Of a stretch of 32,704 nt of DNA, positions 10,079 through 17,974 are shown piece by piece (position 1 is the first letter of the stretch; every line of letters begins with the position of its first letter). Origin of the DNA: an uncultured Thermoplasmata archaeon (GTDB lineage Archaea > Thermoplasmatota > Thermoplasmata > Halarchaeoplasmatales > Halarchaeoplasmataceae). Where the stretch lies: assembly GCA_964399335.1 (NCBI GenBank), contig CAYNQI010000006.1, forward strand, positions 1-32,704. Reading direction: 5' to 3'. The notes under the pieces are model-generated. The model was not told where the DNA came from, made no database searches, and worked only from the letters and a program-made list of their open reading frames with translations. Both the position numbers and the translations under genes were made by a program.

Positions 10079-11209
10079 TCACTTCAATATCCGATTCATA
10101 GCTTCGGATAGGTCTTTCATTTTCTGGGAAAAGCAGAACCTAACCATATCTTCACCACCATGTTCATAGAAACTGGTTCCTGGTACAACTGCTACTCCCT
10201 TTTCTTTAACAAGATAATCTGCATATTCTAGGTCATCCATGTCAATATTCTCTAGTGAGGCCATCATGTAATAAGCACCGTCGGGTAAAGACGCTTTCAG
10301 CTCGGATTCAGAGAGTTTGTCGTAAACCAAATCCCTTGCTTTTCTGTAATAATCGACCATATCTTGATAGTAATCTTTTCCAAGACTCAATGCTTGAACA
10401 GCTGCTTTCTGGAAAGGAGTAGGTGAGCATACGGTTGTGTAATCATGAACTTTCCTTATCGGATTCATCAAGTATTTAGGTCCAGCTGAATAGCCGACTC
10501 TCCATCCAGTAACCGAGTAGGCTTTAGAAAAACCGCTGATGGTAACTGTCCTTTCCCACATACCATCTATTGATGCTAAAGATATGTGCTCACCTTGGAA
10601 AACGATATGTTCATACATCTCATCAGTAACAGCTATAATATCGTTATCAACACAAAGATCTCTGATAAATTCAAGTTCATCTTTGGAAAATACTTTACCC
10701 GTTGGATTGTGAGGGGTGTTCAATAATATCATCTTAGTTTTTTCACTAACTGCACTTTTGATCTCCTCGTGGTCCAAACTCATGTCGTTCTGTATAGTTG
10801 TGAAAACCGGTTTTCCAGATGCCATTCTCACAGATGGGACGTAGTTCTCATAGAAAGGCTGGAAGATCATTACTTCGTCCCTATTATCTATCAAACCAAG
10901 CATCGTTGACATTATCGATTCACTAGCACCGCATGTGATAGTGATTTCCATCTCTGGATCGTATTCGATGTTATTGAAGTTCTTAAATTTCTCAGATAGT
11001 TTTTTCCTTAACACCTGCTCTCCCCAGGTTATAGAATACTGGTTTTCATCTTCATCGATAGCTTCTAAAGCAGCTTTCTTTACTTTTTCAGCTGTAGGAA
11101 ACTCGGGATAACCCTGAGAGAGGTTTACAGCATCATATTTTATAGCTTTCCTCGTCATCTCTCTGATCACAGATTCAGTAAGCCCCTCGACTCTTTTACT
11201 ACCGCTCAT
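10079..11209 (-). CDS. Class I/II PLP-dependent aminotransferase (AspAT/KAT-like)
   Basis: NLSQGYPEF..., N.PHNPTG, and the FSKAYSVTGWRVGY PLP-lysine motif. Confidence 0.85.
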   Translation of the reverse strand: MSGSKRVEGLTESVIREMTRKAIKYDAVNLSQGYPEFPTAEKVKKAALEAIDEDENQYSITWGEQVLRKKLSEKFKNFNNIEYDPEMEITITCGASESIMSTMLGLIDNRDEVMIFQPFYENYVPSVRMASGKPVFTTIQNDMSLDHEEIKSAVSEKTKMILLNTPHNPTGKVFSKDELEFIRDLCVDNDIIAVTDEMYEHIVFQGEHISLASIDGMWERTVTISGFSKAYSVTGWRVGYSAGPKYLMNPIRKVHDYTTVCSPTPFQKAAVQALSLGKDYYQDMVDYYRKARDLVYDKLSESELKASLPDGAYYMMASLENIDMDDLEYADYLVKEKGVAVVPGTSFYEHGGEDMVRFCFSQKMKDLSEAMNRILK

Positions 11210-11212
11210 GAT

Positions 11213-12160
11213 CTACTCCCTTATGATGTATGTACCATCTTTCTTATCGAGTGCCTGATATAGCTTTTCAGGCGACGTTATTAGAACCTTTTCACCGCCA
11301 TGTTCAAGGAAATGTATAGAGGCTTTGATCTTAGGTCCCATACTGCCAGGAGGAAAATGCCCTTCATCTAAGTATCTTTTAGCTTCCTCTAACGTGATCT
11401 CGGATAAAGCCTTTTCATCCTCTTCTCCAAAATTAAGATAAACCCTATCCACCCTAGTCAACATCATATAGAACTTCTCATCGATTTCAGAGGCTAAAAC
11501 AGCACTCGCTAGGTCTTTATCGATGACACCTTCTACACCCTTTAATTCACCCCCTTCTTCTATAACAGGTACACCACCACCGCCTGCTGCTATGGCGATA
11601 TATCCATCATCTCCACTGAAAACTATATTTGATATTATATCGGATTCGATTATCTCCTTTGGTTTAGGAGACGGAACTACTCTTCTATACGTGCCATCGG
11701 AAGTTTTTTTCAAGATCCAATCTTTTTCTTTTTCTATCTTTTTTGCCTCATCTTCGTTATAATGAGGTCCGACGAATTTACTCGGATTGTTAAAAGCAGG
11801 GTCGTCCTTATCCACCAATACTTGTGTAACAAGGCTGATTATGCTCCTATTTATCCCCTTATCGTTCAATTCATTTCGCAAAGTCTGCTGAAACATATAT
11901 CCGATCTGACCTTGTGATTGAGATCCACATATATCTAAGGGCATAGAAGGAACGAGATGAGATGAATGTTCATTCTGGATAAGTATGTTACCTACTTGTG
12001 GACCATTACCATGTGTAAATACGATATCGTATCCATCAGAAATCATATCCGCTAGCTTTTTACAGGTTTCACTCATCCTTTTGAATTGATCTTCAGCTGT
12101 TCCTTCGTCTTCAGGTCGTAGTAAAGAATTACCTCCTAATGCGACTAATACTGTTTTCAT
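11213..12160 (-). CDS. arcC: Carbamate kinase
   Basis: MKTVLVALGGNSLL and IVFTHGNGPQVG at the N-terminus. 315 aa amino-acid-kinase fold pattern. Confidence 0.85.
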   Translation of the reverse strand: MKTVLVALGGNSLLRPEDEGTAEDQFKRMSETCKKLADMISDGYDIVFTHGNGPQVGNILIQNEHSSHLVPSMPLDICGSQSQGQIGYMFQQTLRNELNDKGINRSIISLVTQVLVDKDDPAFNNPSKFVGPHYNEDEAKKIEKEKDWILKKTSDGTYRRVVPSPKPKEIIESDIISNIVFSGDDGYIAIAAGGGGVPVIEEGGELKGVEGVIDKDLASAVLASEIDEKFYMMLTRVDRVYLNFGEEDEKALSEITLEEAKRYLDEGHFPPGSMGPKIKASIHFLEHGGEKVLITSPEKLYQALDKKDGTYIIRE

Positions 12161-12261
12161 GGGGAAAACGGAATCAAAGCTGTTGTATATATAATTTAAC
12201 CGATATGTACCTATAAATAAAAAAATAGGAAAAATTGTTTAATATATAATGGTATTCAACT

Positions 12262-12690
12262 TTGACTAATATGACCTCAACTGAATTAGAAACAATACAA
12301 AATGAGTATGCAGAAAAGGAGTACAAGGTCAAGATAATCTGCCCTGAATTCACCTGCTTATGCCCGGAAAAAAGGGATCAACCTGATTTTGCAACTATAA
12401 CGATAACATATATCCCAAGAGATCTCCTCATAGAATTGAAGTCATTAAAGTATTATCTTGTAGATTATAGAAACGTTGAAATTTTCCATGAAGAGGCTAC
12501 GAACAAGATATTGAACGACCTTGTAAACGTACTAAACCCGCGTTATATGAGGGTGCAGGGTGATTGGAATATTAGAGGTGGGATCACCACTATTGTCGAA
12601 ACTGATTTTAGAGCAGATGATTGGAACGGGGAACCTGCAGATGTAAAAATAGAGGATACAAAAACAGCATCTAAGAGGAAAACTTGGTGA
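12262..12690 (+). CDS. queF: NADPH-dependent 7-cyano-7-deazaguanine (preQ0) reductase QueF, unimodular YkvM type
   Basis: CPEFTCLCP...QPDFATI...YIP and the E(S/L)K(S/A)LK(Y/L)Y NADPH motif (ELKSLKYYL). Collinear with B. subtilis YkvM. Confidence 0.85.
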   Translation: MTNMTSTELETIQNEYAEKEYKVKIICPEFTCLCPEKRDQPDFATITITYIPRDLLIELKSLKYYLVDYRNVEIFHEEATNKILNDLVNVLNPRYMRVQGDWNIRGGITTIVETDFRADDWNGEPADVKIEDTKTASKRKTW

Positions 12691-12732
12691 TTTTAATAAA
12701 ATAAAAAAGAGAGATGTGAAGAGTTTTTAGAT

Positions 12733-13584
12733 CTATCTATGTGTTTCTAGAAATGAATCTAGAGTGGTTCCAGAAGATTCCACATCGGATTCTTCTATCA
12801 CATTTAAGGCTTCGATTACGGGTGGTTTTTCTGCCTTTTGACTCTCCACTTCTCTCTCTGGAACTTGGTTTTCTAAACTAGAAAGGTTTTCGGATATTCC
12901 TATCGCATCTAAACCTATTTCATGGAAGAATTCATTTATGCATTCCATTTTAAGACGCTCTACGACCTTGTAAAGCATCTTCCCAGTCAATTCGAAACCC
13001 TCTTCAGGGCTTTTGTCGCCGTGTAAAAGTGTTTTGTCGTTCTCGAAAACGGTGATCGCATGACTTATCTCTGTCAAATTTTCAAGATATCCTTTGGCTT
13101 TATTATATCTATTTACTTCTGCAGAGAATGGCATCACAGCATAAGAAACTACCATCTTGTCATTTCGCTTAGCTAGATCTGCGATAACAGGCGCGGCTCC
13201 TGATCCAGTACCACCGCCTAGACCAGCTACTATAACCACAAAATCTGCTTCATCCATCGTTTTTAAGATCTGTTCTTCGTTGGTTAGAGCTGCTCTTTTA
13301 CCTATTTTTGGATCACCATTAGCACCATTACCATTTGTCAATTCTTTTCCGATCAACATCTGGCGATCGACATTCAGGTCTCCTAGAATGCTATCATCGG
13401 TGTTGATACCGATGGTTTTCACGTCATTCATATTTCGTTCGTTTATGTACTGTACTGTATTGCATCCACATCCACCTACACCGACAACATACACTTTGCT
13501 TTCGCGAAGCAAACCATTGATGAGTTCTTGTACGGTTCCTTCCATAGTATTTTCTTTTGGGGATTCGGGGCTTTTGTTTTTCAT
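12733..13584 (-). CDS. ftsZ: FtsZ/tubulin-superfamily GTPase, short form (283 aa): N-terminal GTP-binding domain and H7 present, canonical C-terminal domain missing, acidic tail ending in a CTP-like peptide
   Basis: VGVGGCGCN (G1) and GLGGGTGSGAAPVIADLAK (tubulin signature). ENDK and a degenerate T7-like NEFFHEI motif. The protein ends ~45 aa later with ...LDSFLETHR, which resembles the FtsZ DIPAFLR C-terminal peptide. Confidence 0.8.
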   Translation of the reverse strand: MKNKSPESPKENTMEGTVQELINGLLRESKVYVVGVGGCGCNTVQYINERNMNDVKTIGINTDDSILGDLNVDRQMLIGKELTNGNGANGDPKIGKRAALTNEEQILKTMDEADFVVIVAGLGGGTGSGAAPVIADLAKRNDKMVVSYAVMPFSAEVNRYNKAKGYLENLTEISHAITVFENDKTLLHGDKSPEEGFELTGKMLYKVVERLKMECINEFFHEIGLDAIGISENLSSLENQVPEREVESQKAEKPPVIEALNVIEESDVESSGTTLDSFLETHR

Positions 13585-13654
13585 ATACTTGGACTCCTCC
13601 GATATTATCTTGTAGCGCCGTTAAACGCTAATCTGTCCCTTGCCCTAAACTGTT

Positions 13655-14047
13655 TCACTTTTGCATGTATTTTTGCTCACTGGTTTTTTCAACTTCAAGG
13701 ATATTTTCTACTCTGTTGCTCATCTCACCTATGACTTCATATTGTGTCTTCAGTTCTTTGAGATCCTCTGTTAAAATCCCCTTTTGCACAAGCTGTTGGA
13801 TGGCTGTTTCCCAATCGTTAAAATGTCCAACAGCTATGAGATAGTGAACTATATTCTTTATTTTCTTGGGTAAAGTGATCTTAGCTGGTACTTCCCTTTC
13901 ATCTTTGCGGATGCTGTGTCTATTGATGTACTCTAGTGCGGCCTTCCTTAAGAAGGAGGACCGGTTACTGAAATCATGTCTTGCTATAAATGAATCGATG
14001 ATCTCAAGGTCTTCGTCTGACACCCGTAGGGATATTTTCTTTTCCAT
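13655..14047 (-). CDS. Ribbon-helix-helix (CopG/Arc-like) DNA-binding protein directly upstream of and co-oriented with ftsZ (CdrS-like position)
   Basis: The N-terminal ISLRVSDEDLEIIDSFIARHDFSNRSSFLRKAALEYI segment has the beta-alpha-alpha RHH pattern. 130 aa. Confidence 0.55.
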   Translation of the reverse strand: MEKKISLRVSDEDLEIIDSFIARHDFSNRSSFLRKAALEYINRHSIRKDEREVPAKITLPKKIKNIVHYLIAVGHFNDWETAIQQLVQKGILTEDLKELKTQYEVIGEMSNRVENILEVEKTSEQKYMQK

Positions 14048-14251
14048 ACTTTACACACCTTCTGTCCTTTTGATGTAGTACTTGTATTCCGAATGTATAT
14101 ACGGTATTAAGTAGGGCGTAGGACATAATACATATAATATTAAACCTATATAAAGATTTTCATCCCGACGATATGCGTACTAATAGGCGTATTTAACCTA
14201 ATATAGTAATACTATTGTCATACTTATTATCGTTATTCATTTACTGCTTAA

Positions 14252-14260
14252 CTATAAATA
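14252..14260 (+). promoter_or_regulatory. TATA-like box (CTATAAATA) ~40 bp upstream of the rubrerythrin ATG, with GGAG at -12
   Basis: Sequence motif only. Confidence 0.25.
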
Positions 14261-14298
14261 ACAGGATAAATTTCCTTCTACAAGGAGCGTAATATAAT

Positions 14299-14838
14299 AT
14301 GTTAAAAGTATTTAGATGCTGGATATGTGGTGAGACATATTTGGGTGAGGAAAAACCCACTGATTGTCCTTACTGTGGCGCGGACGAAGAGTTTTTGAAA
14401 CCCGGAGAGGAATACGAAGAACCCGATGTTGAATTGACAGAGGTTTCCAAGAAAAACTTAGAGAGTGCACTTGAGCTAGAAGTTGATAACGCTACTTTCT
14501 ATTATTGTGCTTACAATCAGGCTAAAGGACCGAAAACAGAAGGTATGTTCAAGAGGTTGGCAAAAGTCGAAGCTGAGCACGCGGAAGCGATATGCCTGTT
14601 CTTAGACAGGGAAGAACCGGACATCAACAAGAAATCCGATAACTGCTCACATCATCTACCCGACAATTTAGAGGACGCAAACAAGAGAGAAACAAGAGCC
14701 ATCGAACACTATAGGAAGTTCGCTTCCGAAGCCGAGGAACCTCGAGTTAAGGAATTCTTCGAGGCTTTAGTCGAGATAGAGAGCGATCATCTAGAACTGC
14801 ACGAAGGTGAGTTAGCTAAGTTGGAAGACACTCACTAA
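14299..14838 (+). CDS. Reverse-rubrerythrin-like protein (N-terminal rubredoxin-like Cys4 ribbon plus ferritin-like diiron domain)
   Basis: CWICG...CPYCG at the N-terminus, then two E...ExxH pairs (EAEHAEAI, EIESDHLELHE). Confidence 0.7.
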   Translation: MLKVFRCWICGETYLGEEKPTDCPYCGADEEFLKPGEEYEEPDVELTEVSKKNLESALELEVDNATFYYCAYNQAKGPKTEGMFKRLAKVEAEHAEAICLFLDREEPDINKKSDNCSHHLPDNLEDANKRETRAIEHYRKFASEAEEPRVKEFFEALVEIESDHLELHEGELAKLEDTH

Positions 14839-14841
14839 AAA

Positions 14842-14858
14842 CCTTTTTTTTCTTTATC
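14842..14858 (+). terminator. Oligo-T tract (CTTTTTTTTCTTT) just after the rubrerythrin stop
   Basis: Archaeal terminators are U-rich tracts. Motif only. Confidence 0.3.
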
Positions 14859-14900
14859 ATCCGGAAAATTTATTTCATAGTTCCCTTTCTACGAAACAAA

Positions 14901-14917
14901 GTAGCTTAGTTCGGCAG
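14901..14917 (+). repeat. 17-nt exact copy of tRNA-Thr positions 7-23 (GTAGCTTAGTTCGGCAG), 58 nt upstream of the intact gene, embedded in an imperfect hairpin
   Basis: Identical to 14976-14992. The flanking TAGTTCGG (14908-14915) can pair with CCGAACTG (14946-14953). Confidence 0.6.
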
Positions 14918-14969
14918 TACGTCAGAAAGGATTTCTAACTCACTACCGAACTGATCTATTAACACATAT

Positions 14970-15043
14970 GCCACCGTAGCTTAGTTCGGCAGAGCGGCTG
15001 ACTTGTAATCAGCAGGTCGGGGGTTCAAATCCCTCCGGTGGCT
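14970..15043 (+). tRNA. tRNA-Thr (anticodon UGU)
   Basis: Perfect cloverleaf: acceptor GCCACCG/CGGUGGC, D stem GCUU/GAGC, anticodon stem GCUGA/UCAGC with loop C-U-UGU-A-A, and T arm GGGGG-UUCAAAU-CCCUC. Confidence 0.9.
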
Positions 15044-15169
15044 CTCGAGATTTATTATATTACAAGTTAAAACCTTAGGCAAAGTTTTAAAATTAATAAA
15101 GCTTTAACTTTATTATCGATACATATGTAATTCATTAATTATAAGATTCAAAAATTGAATGAATCATTA

Positions 15170-15979
15170 CTATTCTAAATATTCACTGATATCATGATGG
15201 AAATCATTATCGATCTTTTCAAATACCATCTTTAACTTTTTGTTCTTTGGTGTACCTTTATTAAACTCTTCAAGATCCCAATTAATATAGGACCAATAAT
15301 CAGAATGTCGAGGTGGTGAAAAGGTCTTTTCCACAACAGCAACATCGAAGAGATTACAGTATTTACCTCTTGGTCGTTTGGTAGTTAAAGAAAGAGGGCG
15401 AAGATTAAACTCGATCACAAAAAGATCTATTAGATAGGCTGATATACTAAATCTTTCAGAAACATCGCTACCCTGACACCGTAGTATGGTCCTATTGTTT
15501 TTATTTTTCAATGATCTATATACTAATGATTTAACTGCAGAAGGAGTAATAAGAGTACTTAAATCACCTTTGTATTTGATACCTTGTCCTTCTTTTTCGG
15601 GAACTTTTAAACGCTCTATATCGCCTTTAGGTTTAGGATTTTCTTCATCGAATAACCTTAAGGATTCTTTGATATCAAAAAGGGAAACTTTGTTTTGTTT
15701 TAAAAGTTCTTTATGTACAACTACAGAATGATGTGTTGCAGCTTCTCTTCCAAGTTCATCCTCAGTAAAACCAAGTCTTGTCATCAATAAAAAAGGGGAT
15801 TTAGATCTGTTAAAAAACATGAAGGCCTCTTTATCCTGATAACCTAAGGATACGGGGATATATTCTTTGAACCATGGTTTGAAGTGTACAGGATTGACTT
15901 TTTCGGTAGCTGCAGAAGCATCTTCTTCATAACCAGCACCTTCAACGGGGAACCAAACGAAATGGTCTAGGGCTATCAT
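15170..15979 (-). CDS. Hypothetical protein (269 aa), first gene 3' of tRNA-Thr
   Basis: Long ORF co-oriented with the GTPase cluster. No recognisable motif. Confidence 0.55.
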   Translation of the reverse strand: MIALDHFVWFPVEGAGYEEDASAATEKVNPVHFKPWFKEYIPVSLGYQDKEAFMFFNRSKSPFLLMTRLGFTEDELGREAATHHSVVVHKELLKQNKVSLFDIKESLRLFDEENPKPKGDIERLKVPEKEGQGIKYKGDLSTLITPSAVKSLVYRSLKNKNNRTILRCQGSDVSERFSISAYLIDLFVIEFNLRPLSLTTKRPRGKYCNLFDVAVVEKTFSPPRHSDYWSYINWDLEEFNKGTPKNKKLKMVFEKIDNDFHHDISEYLE

Positions 15980-15995
15980 TTTCTACCTCTCTAAT

Positions 15996-17012
15996 TTAAA
16001 GCATCTTCCTTCCTTCACGTTTGAAATACTCCTCTAATTTCTCATTCGGATCAGAATAATCTTTACTCAAATCTCCTAAATGAGAGATAAATTTTTGGAA
16101 GTGTTTATATGGATATATATTCGATGTAAGTTCCTCATCTTCTACATTAACCCATTTCACACCGAGTTCTTGGTCTGCTGGTTTTACTCCGTTTTCACCA
16201 TCTACACCTGCCCAGCTGAAGAAGTACATTGCTTTATGTAGGTCAACACCTACAACTTTAGAACCTACTATGTTTTGATAAAGACCGGGAAGAAATGTTT
16301 TCAAAAGTTTCTCTCCATCTTCCCTTACTTCAACCTCATCATATCCTTTTTGTATATCTAATAGATCCCTCATACTATGGTTGGGGAACATATCGATTAT
16401 TTCTGGATCCATCATGTCCATTTTAGTGAAGAAAACTATCGGGTGTAATTCTTCAGATGTTTTATTAGCTTTATACTCCTCATAGCGTGATAAAATTTGA
16501 GACATCTCAGCATCATACCTTCGCATTGTAGTGCCTTTTTCACTCCTGATATCCTTTGTTAATTTAGAGCAATCAACTAGAATAACCATTATATTGCTGT
16601 TGAAAACTTCTTTGATCTTTTTTGTAACAGATTTATGATTACCAAATTCTTCGATCTCCTCACCTGACACATCGAATACAGTGAACATCAATTTATTCTC
16701 ATAATTAAATGCATTTTTAAGTCCACTTAAACCCTTTTCTGCTTTAATATGTTTAAAAACATCACTTTTTGTTGCCTCAAAATTCATCAAAAAACTCAAA
16801 GCTTGAAAATCTCCTCTAGCAGTTGCCCTTGGAAATTCACCAGCATGTAATCTATTTCGTATTTTATTGAGACAAACATCAGTCGTTTCAGGATCCATAT
16901 AATAAGCGAATTTTTTAGGATTCTTGATCGTATATTTTTCCATCGATTGATGTAAAAACCCAACTAACGTTGATTTTCCACAACCTCTGGTTCCTATTAT
17001 AGATACAGGCAT
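15996..17012 (-). CDS. P-loop GTPase-like protein (338 aa)
   Basis: N-terminal Walker A GTRGCGKST, a hhhhDxxG motif (FTVFDVSGEE), a Walker-B-like IMVILVDCS, and a TKMD G4-like motif (FFTKMD, compare NKxD/HKxD). Confidence 0.7.
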   Translation of the reverse strand: MPVSIIGTRGCGKSTLVGFLHQSMEKYTIKNPKKFAYYMDPETTDVCLNKIRNRLHAGEFPRATARGDFQALSFLMNFEATKSDVFKHIKAEKGLSGLKNAFNYENKLMFTVFDVSGEEIEEFGNHKSVTKKIKEVFNSNIMVILVDCSKLTKDIRSEKGTTMRRYDAEMSQILSRYEEYKANKTSEELHPIVFFTKMDMMDPEIIDMFPNHSMRDLLDIQKGYDEVEVREDGEKLLKTFLPGLYQNIVGSKVVGVDLHKAMYFFSWAGVDGENGVKPADQELGVKWVNVEDEELTSNIYPYKHFQKFISHLGDLSKDYSDPNEKLEEYFKREGRKML

Positions 17013-17081
17013 TTTCGTTCACCGAGCTGTAAACGTATTTTAATTATATATCATTTATGGTTATATCTCCATCAGAAAAGA

Positions 17082-17960
17082 TTATTTCCGAATCTCAGAA
17101 AGTATTTCTTTCTGAGTTTTTGATGTTTTTATTTTATTACCGATATAAGATATCATATCTATATATTGAAAATAGGGATAGATCAATACGTTTGGGTGAA
17201 GATCAAAAGGTTCAAATCCATCGGGTTTAGGATGTATTCTATGATGTTTATTGCTGACTATGGTATAGGTACTAAAAAAATAATTTGCCCCCGCCGTATT
17301 TTTTTTATTTATCAAATTCCAAGTTTTTGGAAGATTATTCTTCATTAAGATCATACCGGCCTTTCTTTTAACCTCTTCTTGGGAATCCTCTTTAGTAAAT
17401 ATTTTAAATATCAACTTTTTACCTTTATCTATTGGTAGATTTAAGACTATGAACATATAATTTTTAGAATTGGATCTTTGCTTAAAATATTCATTTAGTA
17501 ATATTGAAAGGTTTTTATCATAAAAACTATCAACCTTTGTAATATCTATAATAACCCCTAGTATCTCATCTTCTACGATCCTATCAAATCTTTCTGGTAA
17601 ACCGATTTTACCGAAATCATGCTGGCCAAAATTTATAATTCTAATCGAGGTTCTCTTCATGTCGTTATCTTTTGATTTATCTTTTTTTAATGCACTTCCT
17701 AAGTTTCTCATAAATTTATTTAACCCATTATACGGAAACCCAGCAATTAAACAGATTTCATCACCTTTGCTTAATCTTCTTTTAGTTTTAGAACCTAATC
17801 TATTCTCTTTTATGTGAAGTAATCTGAGGCTTTTAGAAGGTATATAAAAAGAGAAACCACTATTCTCATCTCTTACACTATATCTCTCCATAGATTTATG
17901 TAGGAGAACAGAAAACTCGTCGAACATTTTTTTCCTTAATGTGATTATAGACACGCCCAT
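17082..17960 (-). CDS. Degenerate paralogue of the upstream GTPase (pseudo-GTPase, P-loop lost)
   Basis: The N-terminus MGVSIITLRKKMFDEFSVLLHKSMERY aligns with MPVSIIGTRGCGKSTLVGFLHQSMEKY of the neighbour, but GKST is replaced. The later segments VIIDITKV and FIVLNLPID are also collinear. Confidence 0.6.
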   Translation of the reverse strand: MGVSIITLRKKMFDEFSVLLHKSMERYSVRDENSGFSFYIPSKSLRLLHIKENRLGSKTKRRLSKGDEICLIAGFPYNGLNKFMRNLGSALKKDKSKDNDMKRTSIRIINFGQHDFGKIGLPERFDRIVEDEILGVIIDITKVDSFYDKNLSILLNEYFKQRSNSKNYMFIVLNLPIDKGKKLIFKIFTKEDSQEEVKRKAGMILMKNNLPKTWNLINKKNTAGANYFFSTYTIVSNKHHRIHPKPDGFEPFDLHPNVLIYPYFQYIDMISYIGNKIKTSKTQKEILSEIRK

Positions 17961-17974
17961 AATATCATCTTTTT

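Noticed and set aside
7212-13615. ORFs 7212..7550(+), 8194..8427(+), 9549..9734(-), 9957..10169(+), 11523..11762(+) and 13157..13615(+)
   Set aside because: Each lies fully inside or opposite a confidently identified gene (eS8, hisS, flavin reductase, aminotransferase, arcC, ftsZ) and has no motif of its own.
14891-14960. A second, intron-containing or split tRNA gene upstream of tRNA-Thr
   Set aside because: The 17-nt identity covers only tRNA positions 7-23. No acceptor 5' strand, anticodon stem or GTTCAAAT T-loop can be found nearby.
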